Source: Desulfomonilia bacterium (lineage in GTDB: Bacteria; Desulfobacterota; Desulfomonilia; UBA1062). Taken from it: 64,000 nt of DNA. The stretch is taken from positions 128,001-192,000 of the forward strand of contig CAXXDQ010000002.1 of assembly GCA_963664325.2 (NCBI GenBank), written 5' to 3'. Every line of letters starts with the position of its first letter. Position 1 is the first letter of the stretch. Position numbers and translations under genes: made by a program. The notes under the pieces were generated by a model. That model searched no databases, was not told the origin of the DNA, and saw only the letters and a program-made list of their open reading frames with translations. Below, piece by piece: positions 55,663-64,000 of the stretch.

Positions 55663-57348
55663 TCACATGAGGTTGATGATTACGCTTCCCATAACGGTCA
55701 GGAATACGTTTGCAAAGGCGAAAGGAGCCGCAAAACCAAGCACCGGGGTATTGCTTTTCGAATCCTCCTGCAGAGTGTTGAGGGCGGCCGGTATAACTCG
55801 TGCACCGGTGAGGGAGCCAAGAAGGAGTACGGGGTTCATTTTAAGCAGATACCTTCCGAAAAGAAGGCCAGCTATGATAGGGACAATCGCCAGCATGACT
55901 CCTGCCAGGAATACCGATAATCCGGTCGTCTGAAGCGCGTGAAGGGCCTGTTTGCCGGAGGCTAGGCCGATGCAGGCGATGAAGAGGTTCAGACCCAGAT
56001 CATTGAGAATCCACTGCCCTCCTTCGGGTATCTGGCCGAAAGTGGGCCTTTGGGAGCGCAGCCATCCGAAGATGAGTCCGGCGAAAAGCACACCGCCGGC
56101 TGATCCCAAGGTTATCGGAACGCCTGCAACTGGAAGCACGAATAAGCCTAAGAGTGTCCCAAGAACGCACCCTGCGCCAACCATTATCAGGTCAGTTGCC
56201 GCCGTAGGCCTTTCCGCATATCCGATTACTTTTGCAACACGCTCGACATCGCTCTTTTCGCCTACGATCTGCATGATGTCGCATTTGTTTATAACGGTTC
56301 CGCCCAATATGGGAAGTTCGGAACCCTGTCTTGTTATCTTTCTCAGGAATACGCCGTGGGCCCCAGGGAAATAGGCAAGCTCATCGAGGGATCTGCCGGA
56401 AATCTGGGGATTAAGGACGCATACGTCAAGGGATTCCCCGATTAAATCCACAATTGTCGATACATCTATCTCATGGCCTATGTAATCCTGCGCATTCACC
56501 AGACCAACATGCTTGCCTGTCGTGACAAGGACATCTCCAGGATTAACAACCATGTCCTGTGTGGTATCCAGAACGTCATCGTCCCTCTTGATCCTGTTGA
56601 TGGCTATCCTGGCGGGTGCGAAGAGCCTTTCAACATCACTTACGGTTTTTCCTACAGCCATGTCATTTGTGGCCTTATAGGCCCTGATCTCCACCTGTTT
56701 TGACCAGGAAAACAGCTCGGGATTCTTCGACATGTCCGATGAACCGCCCATTGCCTTTTCGAGTTTCCCTGCCTCATCCTTCAAGTTTATTCTCATCATA
56801 CCGGGAAGGATCTTGAACAGGAATATCACTCCGACTGTCCCGAATATGTATGTTATCGCATAGGCAATCGCAATATTACCGTTCAGCAGGGCCTTGTCGG
56901 TATCTGCAATATTGAGGTGCTCTACCGCGCCCTGCGCTGTGCCGATTACCGCAGACTGTGTCATCGATCCTGCAAAAAGCCCTGCAGTTGTGCCCTGGTC
57001 AAAGTGCAGGAGCTTGCCCAGGAATACAGCCGTTATGAGACCTGCAACGGCTACGACAAGTGAAATCCATAAATAGTTAAGACCTTCTTTTCTCAATGCC
57101 CCGAAAAACTGAGGGCCCACCTGATAGCCGATGCAGAAGGCAAAGAGCGCAAAGCTTATGCTTTTCAATATTCCCGGAACCTCGATGCTGATCTGCCCGA
57201 ACGCCATTGCCGCAATCAGGACAGAAGCGGTTGTCCCGAGCCCGAAGCCCTTGACCTTGATTTTGCCGATGGCATATCCGGCCGCAAGAGAAAGGAAAAC
57301 AAGTATTTCAGGGTTTTGTTTTACAATGCCTACCATATCTTCAACCAT
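55663..57348 (-). CDS. AspT/YidE-family amino acid antiporter
   Basis: IGYQVGPQFF, AGSMTQSAVIG, YAITYIFG, two TrkA-C-like domains. Confidence 0.88.
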   Translation of the reverse strand: MVEDMVGIVKQNPEILVFLSLAAGYAIGKIKVKGFGLGTTASVLIAAMAFGQISIEVPGILKSISFALFAFCIGYQVGPQFFGALRKEGLNYLWISLVVAVAGLITAVFLGKLLHFDQGTTAGLFAGSMTQSAVIGTAQGAVEHLNIADTDKALLNGNIAIAYAITYIFGTVGVIFLFKILPGMMRINLKDEAGKLEKAMGGSSDMSKNPELFSWSKQVEIRAYKATNDMAVGKTVSDVERLFAPARIAINRIKRDDDVLDTTQDMVVNPGDVLVTTGKHVGLVNAQDYIGHEIDVSTIVDLIGESLDVCVLNPQISGRSLDELAYFPGAHGVFLRKITRQGSELPILGGTVINKCDIMQIVGEKSDVERVAKVIGYAERPTAATDLIMVGAGCVLGTLLGLFVLPVAGVPITLGSAGGVLFAGLIFGWLRSQRPTFGQIPEGGQWILNDLGLNLFIACIGLASGKQALHALQTTGLSVFLAGVMLAIVPIIAGLLFGRYLLKMNPVLLLGSLTGARVIPAALNTLQEDSKSNTPVLGFAAPFAFANVFLTVMGSVIINLM

Positions 57349-57442
57349 TATAACCTCCGGGATTTCATCCTTGCTGCATTATAATACTGCATGCTAGAAT
57401 CAACTAACTTGTTATTAATACTAAATTTTGCCGGAGGCGTAC

Positions 57443-58735
57443 ATGAATCTTTTAAAAGATATATTTGCAAATGAGGTTTTTCCTGCAATCGGCTGCACCG
57501 AGCCTATTTCATGTGCCTATACCGCGGCTGCTGCTGTTGAATTGCTTGACGCGCCCGTTGAAAAAATAACGCTTTTCGTTGATCCCGGCACATATAAGAA
57601 CGGTGCGGCCGTAACGGTTCCGAACAGCGGCGGGGCGAAAGGCAATGCCATTGCGGCGGCACTCGGTGCGGCAATTGCAAAATCAGCGCTGCGCCTTGAA
57701 ATATTAAAAGACGTCTCTCCCGATATTCTGAACAAGGCCAGCGGGCTTGTCAGTTCAGGAAAACTTGAATACCGCTGCAAGGAAGACGAGAAGGCGTTTC
57801 ATGTTGAGGTCGAGGCTGCGGGAGGCGGCTCTACAGTCCGCTGCACAGTTTCGGAAGGGCATACAAATATTACGGAACTGGAAAAGAATGGTAAGTCAAT
57901 AATGGAAAAACACCCTCATGCCGGTTCAAAGGAAAAAGGATACAAGGATGTCATGAGGGAAATGCGGCTTGAAGACGTCCTCAAAAGCGTCATCCAGATG
58001 GACGGCGATGACAGGGCGTACATACAGCGGGGCGTGGACATGAACATTGCCGTATCGCTGAAAGGCATTGATATGAAGAGGACTGCCTATCAACTCAAGC
58101 ACATGATGAAGGATGGAGTCATGGCCAACGACCTTTTCTACAGGGTCAAGCTGGCGGTTGCGTCCGCTGTCGATGCCAGGATGGGCGGTATGCCCGAACC
58201 AGTCATGACAAGCGGGGGAAGCGGAAATCAGGGCTCACTCACAATACTTGTCCCTTATCTGGTAGGCAGACACCAGGATGTCGAGATCGACAGGATTCTG
58301 GAAAGCATAGCGATATCCCATGCGGTAAATTCTTATGTTAAATGTTTCATGGGGGAGCTGTCCGTCATATGCGGGTGCGCAATAGCGGCAAGTATTTCAA
58401 CGGCGATCGCCCTTGTCTATCAGAAGGCCGGGATAGATATGGAGAAAATCGCTTTTGCTATAGATAATGTAATAGGTGATCTCTGCGGTATAATCTGTGA
58501 CGGCGCCAAGCCCGGATGTTCGATGAAGATTATGAGCGGGGCTGAAACGGCAGTGAGGTCGGCTTTCATGGCACTTGCCGGTTACGGGCTGTCGGCGGCT
58601 GACGGCGTGCTGGGAAATTCCCCTGAGGAATCAATAAAAAACCTGTGCAGGGTCTCATTTGAGGGTATGGGGCTGGTTGACCCTACCGTGGTTCATATCC
58701 TCCAGGATAAATCAGTCAGGAGCGGTATGGCCTGA
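57443..58735 (+). CDS. L-cysteine desulfidase-like (YhaM/CdsB family)
   Basis: PAIGCTEP, YKN, DARMGG...GSGNQG, ICGC, ICDGAKPGCSMK. Confidence 0.85.
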   Translation: MNLLKDIFANEVFPAIGCTEPISCAYTAAAAVELLDAPVEKITLFVDPGTYKNGAAVTVPNSGGAKGNAIAAALGAAIAKSALRLEILKDVSPDILNKASGLVSSGKLEYRCKEDEKAFHVEVEAAGGGSTVRCTVSEGHTNITELEKNGKSIMEKHPHAGSKEKGYKDVMREMRLEDVLKSVIQMDGDDRAYIQRGVDMNIAVSLKGIDMKRTAYQLKHMMKDGVMANDLFYRVKLAVASAVDARMGGMPEPVMTSGGSGNQGSLTILVPYLVGRHQDVEIDRILESIAISHAVNSYVKCFMGELSVICGCAIAASISTAIALVYQKAGIDMEKIAFAIDNVIGDLCGIICDGAKPGCSMKIMSGAETAVRSAFMALAGYGLSAADGVLGNSPEESIKNLCRVSFEGMGLVDPTVVHILQDKSVRSGMA

Positions 58736-58862
58736 TTCCGTAGGTTTTTATTGGCATAAGAGATGATTTGAGATTAATGCCCTTGACACAGCGGGCATTA
58801 CACCATAATTTTTAATAAAGTTTTTTCAGGTAATTTTTTATTACATATGAGGAGGACGGAAA

Positions 58863-61181
58863 ATGAGTCCAGCCAGAAACCCGCTTAAACGGCCGGCAGC
58901 GGCAATAATTGCACTTTTTGCTGCGGTATTTATGCTTGGCCTTTCGCAGTGCGAGCCGATGCCCGATAAAAAACCCGGTGAATTAGGCCGGTGGGTTGAC
59001 CCGTTCATAGGTACAGGCGGCATACCCTGGGCAAGCGCCATGCTGTTTCCCGGCGCAACATCCCCTTTCGGAATGGTGCGCTTAAGTCCTGACACGACAT
59101 TTCCGGGCGGTGTTAATGTTTTCAAATGCGGGACCGCAGGGTATTTTTACGGTCTTAACCATATATGGGGTTTCAGCCACACCAGGCTTTCAGGCACAGG
59201 CGCGGTTGATCTCGGCCATTTCAGGGTGACGCCTGCAGTCGGGAACTTCAACCCTGGTGACAGGCTGAAGAAGCCGATTTATTTTTCCCATAAACAGGAA
59301 GTTGCCACCGCAGGATATTATGCCGTCAACCTGCCGGGTATAAACTGCCTTGCCGAGCTTACTGCGACGACGCATGTAGGCGTTCACCGCTATACATTCG
59401 GCACGGGCAAGGATGCGCATATTCTGCTCGATGCAACCAGCTTCCTTGCGGGTGGACATGCAACCGAAGGCAGGGTGAAGATTCTCCCGGACTTTCAGGA
59501 AATTGAGGGCGAAGGCCGTGTCATGACAGATTTTGCCAGCCGATACGGGGGTCTCAAGGGATATTTCGTGGCCCGCTTCAACAAACCTTTTGCATCATTT
59601 TCCACATGGAGCAACGGTGTAAATATTGCCGGCAGGCCGGAGGCCTCGGGGGACGATGCAGGCGCTGAAATCAATTTCGGCAATATCAAGAACCAGCCTG
59701 TTGAAATTAAAATCGGAATAAGCTTTGTCAGCCTGGAAAATGCGAGATTGAATCTTGACGCCGAGGCAGGGACTCTTGATTTTGAAGGCATAAGGGATGT
59801 CATACGCCAGACCTGGGAGGAATGGCTTTCGAGGATATCAATTGAAAGCAGCGACCCTGTCGTCAAGACCAATTTCTACTCGGCGCTTTATCACACAATG
59901 ATAATGCCCACGGATTTCACTGATGTGAACAGGCAATATCTCGGGTTCAAGGGAATCATCGGGGTAGCCGGTGATTTCACATACCGCACAGACATGTCCA
60001 TCTGGGATACGTACCGGGATGAACACACGCTGTTGATTCTGATCGCGCCCGAAATACAGCGGGACTGCCTCAAGAGCCTGGTACGCATGGCGCGTATAGG
60101 CGGTACATTGCCTCGCTGGCCGTCAGGGAGCGGTTATACTGGCTCCATGTTCGGAACTCCGGCCGACCTGGTTGTAGGGGAAAGCTGGCTTAAGGGCATT
60201 ACGGATTTCGAGGTGGAAGAGGCATACGAGTACATGAAGCTGACATCAACGGAAAAAGGCCCGTCAGGTGCGGATGTGAGGGACGGCAATCCTGACTGCC
60301 TCGCCTGTGGCTACTGCCCAAACGACAAGATGGAGGAATCGGTAAGCAGGACGCTGGAATATGCTTGGGCCGACGGGAGTATATCACTCCTGGCCGCAGC
60401 GCTCGACAAGCCGGCAGATGCTGTTTTTTTCTGGAATAAATCAATGGCCTACAAAAATATCTTCAATCCGGAGACCAGATACTTCCAGCCGAGGAATTCG
60501 GACGGCTCATGGCAGGAACCTTTCTTCCCTGACATAACAAGCTATTATGACGATATACTCCCTGAGAAATACGCAATCGCTTACTGTGAAGGCGGCCCCC
60601 GGCACTGGAGATGGACGGCCCCGCATGACCCGGAAGGCCTTCTATCCCTGTTCGGCAGTGCGGATTATTTTGTCACTGAACTTGAAAAATTCATGGCTGA
60701 TGCCAGCAAAAACCGCGGTGCGATTGACCCTGGTCCTGCATACTGGATCGGAAATGAACACGACATCCATACCCCTTACCTTTTCAACGAAGCCGGAAGG
60801 CCTGAGCTTACGCAAAAATGGGTCAGATGGACGCTTGATAACCGCTTCGGGACAGGCCCCGACGGCATGGACGGTAACGATGACTGCGGAGCGCTGAGTT
60901 CATGGTATGTGTTTTCGGCAATCGGTCTTTATCCGGTTGCAGGAACAGACCGTTACTGGATAGGCGCGCCCATAGTTGACAGGGCCGAAGTCAATATCGG
61001 CAGCGGAAGTACTTTAACCGTTATTGCCGAGAATCAGTCCTTGGAAAATATGTATGTACAGAGTGTGACGCTTAATGGCACAAAACTTTTATCGCCATCC
61101 TTAAAGCATGCCGACATTATGAACGGAGGCACTCTTGTTTTTACTATGGGACCGTTGCCGGCGGCCGGCGGAGGGTACTGA
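58863..61181 (+). CDS. GH92 alpha-mannosidase, exported
   Basis: VDPFIGT, PGATSPFGMV, GFSHTRLSGTG, SIWDTYR, GNEHD, GNDDCGALSSW. Confidence 0.93.
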   Translation: MSPARNPLKRPAAAIIALFAAVFMLGLSQCEPMPDKKPGELGRWVDPFIGTGGIPWASAMLFPGATSPFGMVRLSPDTTFPGGVNVFKCGTAGYFYGLNHIWGFSHTRLSGTGAVDLGHFRVTPAVGNFNPGDRLKKPIYFSHKQEVATAGYYAVNLPGINCLAELTATTHVGVHRYTFGTGKDAHILLDATSFLAGGHATEGRVKILPDFQEIEGEGRVMTDFASRYGGLKGYFVARFNKPFASFSTWSNGVNIAGRPEASGDDAGAEINFGNIKNQPVEIKIGISFVSLENARLNLDAEAGTLDFEGIRDVIRQTWEEWLSRISIESSDPVVKTNFYSALYHTMIMPTDFTDVNRQYLGFKGIIGVAGDFTYRTDMSIWDTYRDEHTLLILIAPEIQRDCLKSLVRMARIGGTLPRWPSGSGYTGSMFGTPADLVVGESWLKGITDFEVEEAYEYMKLTSTEKGPSGADVRDGNPDCLACGYCPNDKMEESVSRTLEYAWADGSISLLAAALDKPADAVFFWNKSMAYKNIFNPETRYFQPRNSDGSWQEPFFPDITSYYDDILPEKYAIAYCEGGPRHWRWTAPHDPEGLLSLFGSADYFVTELEKFMADASKNRGAIDPGPAYWIGNEHDIHTPYLFNEAGRPELTQKWVRWTLDNRFGTGPDGMDGNDDCGALSSWYVFSAIGLYPVAGTDRYWIGAPIVDRAEVNIGSGSTLTVIAENQSLENMYVQSVTLNGTKLLSPSLKHADIMNGGTLVFTMGPLPAAGGGY

Positions 61182-61276
61182 AGGTTCTGTTTTTATAAAA
61201 AATATTAAGATTGATACACTACTGGCTATTGCCAAGCCGGAGAGTGCCTTTGATTTGAAGCCGGTTATCAAAGAAC

Positions 61277-61304
61277 AAAAAAACGCCCTCTCGGGCGTTT
61301 TTTT
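61277..61304. terminator. Bidirectional terminator
   Basis: aaaaaaacgccc-tctc-gggcgttttttt between convergent genes. Confidence 0.8.
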
Positions 61305-62139
61305 AAATCCTGGCATTCAGCCAGTCATGAAGATCTTTTAAGGCTAGAGCCCTCATATCCGGCGATTCGTTATATACCTCGTGTTTGAACCCTTCATATC
61401 GCTTGTATGTCTTGTCGGCAGAGCCTATGCTGTCGAACAGCTCCTTCTGTTTGGAGAATGAGATATCAAGTGTGCCATACTGAAGCATCACCGGCATTTT
61501 TATCTGGCCGGCATTCCGGGCACCCTCAATAAGAAACGTCATCAGCTGTTCGGCCAGCCTGGGCGTGATTTTTCCGCATCTGAGCTTGTCGTTTATGTAG
61601 GCATCAAGGATTTCAGCATCATGAGTTATAAAGTCCGGAGCCAGCGGGAATTTTATATGGACTGACGGGAACAGCTTTGATCCTATTTTAGAAAGTATTA
61701 TGTCCGATTTTTTTGTAGTTGGTCCATGGTATGAACCGGAACCGGAAAGTACGAGGCCCTTTATCCCTCCCGGGTGACTTTCTACAAGGTTCATGGCAAT
61801 GATGCTGCCCATGGAATGGCCGATAATGAAAAGCGGTTCATCTGGATACTCTTTTTTGATGATGTCTTTCATGAATTTAAGTTCGTCGATTATGTATTCG
61901 GTAAAACTGTTGACATGGCATCGTCTGCCCCCGGACTTTCCATGCCCCCTGTGATCTACACCGAATATAGCATATCCATCCGGGACAAGTTCGTTAACTA
62001 CATTCGTATACCTTCTAATGTGTTCATCATAACCGTGGATGATATTGACAACTGCCTTGGGTTTTCCTTCAGGCAGCCATGCCATCCAAGCAATATCGAT
62101 TCCGTCATTTGCTTTGAATATTCCTTCTTTCAACAGCAT
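61303..62139 (-). CDS. Alpha/beta hydrolase, lysophospholipase-like
   Basis: IHG..EH, DHRGHGKS, GHSMG, KHEVYNE. Confidence 0.9.
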   Translation of the reverse strand: MLLKEGIFKANDGIDIAWMAWLPEGKPKAVVNIIHGYDEHIRRYTNVVNELVPDGYAIFGVDHRGHGKSGGRRCHVNSFTEYIIDELKFMKDIIKKEYPDEPLFIIGHSMGSIIAMNLVESHPGGIKGLVLSGSGSYHGPTTKKSDIILSKIGSKLFPSVHIKFPLAPDFITHDAEILDAYINDKLRCGKITPRLAEQLMTFLIEGARNAGQIKMPVMLQYGTLDISFSKQKELFDSIGSADKTYKRYEGFKHEVYNESPDMRALALKDLHDWLNARI

Positions 62140-62270
62140 AAAGAAACCTCCACGACTTTAATTGCAGTCTAATTATGTCACAACGGACAAATTATCACAA
62201 TCTTTTGATGCTCTATAAAATAAGTAAAACTGTTTAAGATATATTGACACAAAAGGTTCATAAGGGTATA

Positions 62271-62286
62271 GAATGAACGCTCATTC
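62271..62286. promoter_or_regulatory. Operator candidate GAATGA-ACGC-TCATTC upstream of acyl-CoA dehydrogenase
   Basis: Perfect 6-bp arms just downstream of a TTGACA hexamer and overlapping a TAGAAT; resembles TetR-type fatty-acid regulator boxes. Confidence 0.55.
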
Positions 62287-62319
62287 ATAAGTAAACTAAA
62301 GAAACCTTAGGAGGATATT

Positions 62320-64000
62320 ATGGCAAGTAAGTGGATAGACGAGAGGGATATGAGGTTCCTTCTGTTCGAAGTGTTTAACATTGGAGAGACCCTGCTTGGT
62401 AAAGGCCGCTATGCGGACCACGACGCCGACACGGTCAACATGACGCTCGATGCAGCCGCTAAACTGGCTGTAAACGACATAGCGCCGACCTATCCTGATG
62501 AAGTGCACAGGAAACCGGTTGAAGCAACCTTCAAGGATGGCAAGGTCTACGCACCGGAAGCATACCACAGGCTTTACAAGCTCTATACCGAAGGCGGCTG
62601 GATGACTACATCGGAAAGCTATGAACTCGGCGGCCAGCAGCTCCCGGCAGTTGTTTCGGCGACATGCGCAAATATGTTCCTTTCATGCAACCAGGCATTC
62701 CTGATGTATCCTGGTCTTACTCACGGTGCAGCAAGGCTGGTGGAAGATTTCTTTCAGCATGAGCTTCGTGATATAACTCTTCAGAAAATGTATTCAGGCG
62801 AATGGGCCGGAACAATGTGCCTTACCGAGCCGGGTGCAGGTTCAGATGTCGGAGCGCTCAAGACAACTGCAAAAAGGAATGCGGACGGCACATTCTCAAT
62901 CACTGGTACGAAGTGCTTCATTTCAGCAGGCGACCATGACCTTACACCGAATATAATCCATCCGGTTCTTGCCAGAATAGAAGGCGACCCGGAAGGGACA
63001 AAAGGCATTTCGATATTCATAGTTCCGAAATACAGGTTCGATGGGGCAGGCGCCATAGGCGAATACAATGACGTTGCCTGCGGGAACATAGAGAGCAAGA
63101 TGGGTATCCACGGTAACGCGACCTGTACACTCAATTTCGGTGAAAACGGAAAATGCATCGGGTATCTTATGGGCGAAGAGCGCCAGGGCATGCCAATCAT
63201 GTTCCACATGATGAATGAAGAACGCCAGGGTGTCGGCACAATGGGGGTATCCCTTGCCGGTGCTGCGTTCCTGCATGCGCTTTCCTATGCCAAGGACAGG
63301 GTGCAGGGCAAAGAGCCGGTTGAGTCAGTTCTCGATCCAAACGCACCTGCTCGAGAAATCATCAAACATCCGGACGTACGCAGGATGCTTCTCAAGATGA
63401 AGTCAGGTGTTGAAGGCATCAGGGCACTTGCTTATTTCTGCTATTACGCCATGGACCGGGTAATGATTGCGGAAGCAGAAGAAGAAAAGACAAAATGGAT
63501 CGGCATGATAGAAATGCTCACACCAATGGTCAAGTCATACTGTACAGATCTTGGAATGGAAATATGCAGCACGGCGGTTCAGACTTATGGCGGTTACGGT
63601 TTCTGCCGCGAATATCCCGTCGAGCAGATGATGCGCGACCAGAAGATCAACCAGATTTACGAAGGCACCAACGGCATCCAGGCGCTTGACCTTTTGGGCA
63701 GGAAGCTCGGTATGAAAAAAGGTGCGTACTTCATGACACTTCTTGGGGAAATCCAGGAAAATATAGCTGCTGCAAAAGCCTACGAAGACCTTGCTGACGA
63801 GGCAGGCATTGTCGAAGGCGCAATGAATGCGATTGCAGGCCTGGCAATGGGATTCCGCGGTATGCTCAAGACAAACCCGTATAATCCCCTTATCAATGCA
63901 TGTGATTTCCTCAATGCCCTTTCGGAAGTTCTCGTGGGCAGCCTTCACTGCAGGATGGCAGCAGCGGCGAAGAAAGGACTTGCAGCAACGACAAGCGATG
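62320..64000 (+). CDS. Acyl-CoA dehydrogenase, 3'-truncated by window edge (absent from ORF track)
   Basis: GGAGG-ATG 62320; MASKWIDERDMRFLLFEV, GTMCLTEPGAGSDVG, KMGIHG, GGYGF, IYEGTNGIQALDL. Confidence 0.95.
   Translation, partial: MASKWIDERDMRFLLFEVFNIGETLLGKGRYADHDADTVNMTLDAAAKLAVNDIAPTYPDEVHRKPVEATFKDGKVYAPEAYHRLYKLYTEGGWMTTSESYELGGQQLPAVVSATCANMFLSCNQAFLMYPGLTHGAARLVEDFFQHELRDITLQKMYSGEWAGTMCLTEPGAGSDVGALKTTAKRNADGTFSITGTKCFISAGDHDLTPNIIHPVLARIEGDPEGTKGISIFIVPKYRFDGAGAIGEYNDVACGNIESKMGIHGNATCTLNFGENGKCIGYLMGEERQGMPIMFHMMNEERQGVGTMGVSLAGAAFLHALSYAKDRVQGKEPVESVLDPNAPAREIIKHPDVRRMLLKMKSGVEGIRALAYFCYYAMDRVMIAEAEEEKTKWIGMIEMLTPMVKSYCTDLGMEICSTAVQTYGGYGFCREYPVEQMMRDQKINQIYEGTNGIQALDLLGRKLGMKKGAYFMTLLGEIQENIAAAKAYEDLADEAGIVEGAMNAIAGLAMGFRGMLKTNPYNPLINACDFLNALSEVLVGSLHCRMAAAAKKGLAATTSD

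Overview
Chromosomal window from what looks like an anaerobic deltaproteobacterium-type organism (inferred from the zapB-zapA-ygfA-rny-tyrS gene order and the rRNA sequences). It holds a complete rRNA operon (16S-tRNA-Ile-tRNA-Ala-23S-5S), housekeeping genes (tyrS, rny, coaE, pdxS/pdxT, argC, nikR, a short glmU) and many lipid/acyl-CoA and glycoside catabolic genes, including three alpha-mannosidase-like enzymes. Most notable: (1) a GntR-led sugar-acid operon built around a GH38-like enzyme with altered catalytic motifs; (2) a fused, divergent EutB-EutC ethanolamine ammonia-lyase between a C45 Ntn-hydrolase and a crotonase; (3) an orphan Cys-rich RiPP-precursor-like gene; (4) a ~123-bp TA-flanked ERIC/MITE-like repeat family (five copies plus a relative), one with a nested insertion and one supplying the argC stop codon; (5) hairpin direct repeats bounding AT-rich cassette-like genes including a toxin-less antitoxin; (6) an 8 x 52-aa propeller-like lipoprotein with hypervariable positions; (7) no room for 6S RNA at its usual locus. 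Four homopolymer indels between 9.1 and 11.4 kb look like sequencing errors. All assignments are by motif recognition; no searches were run.
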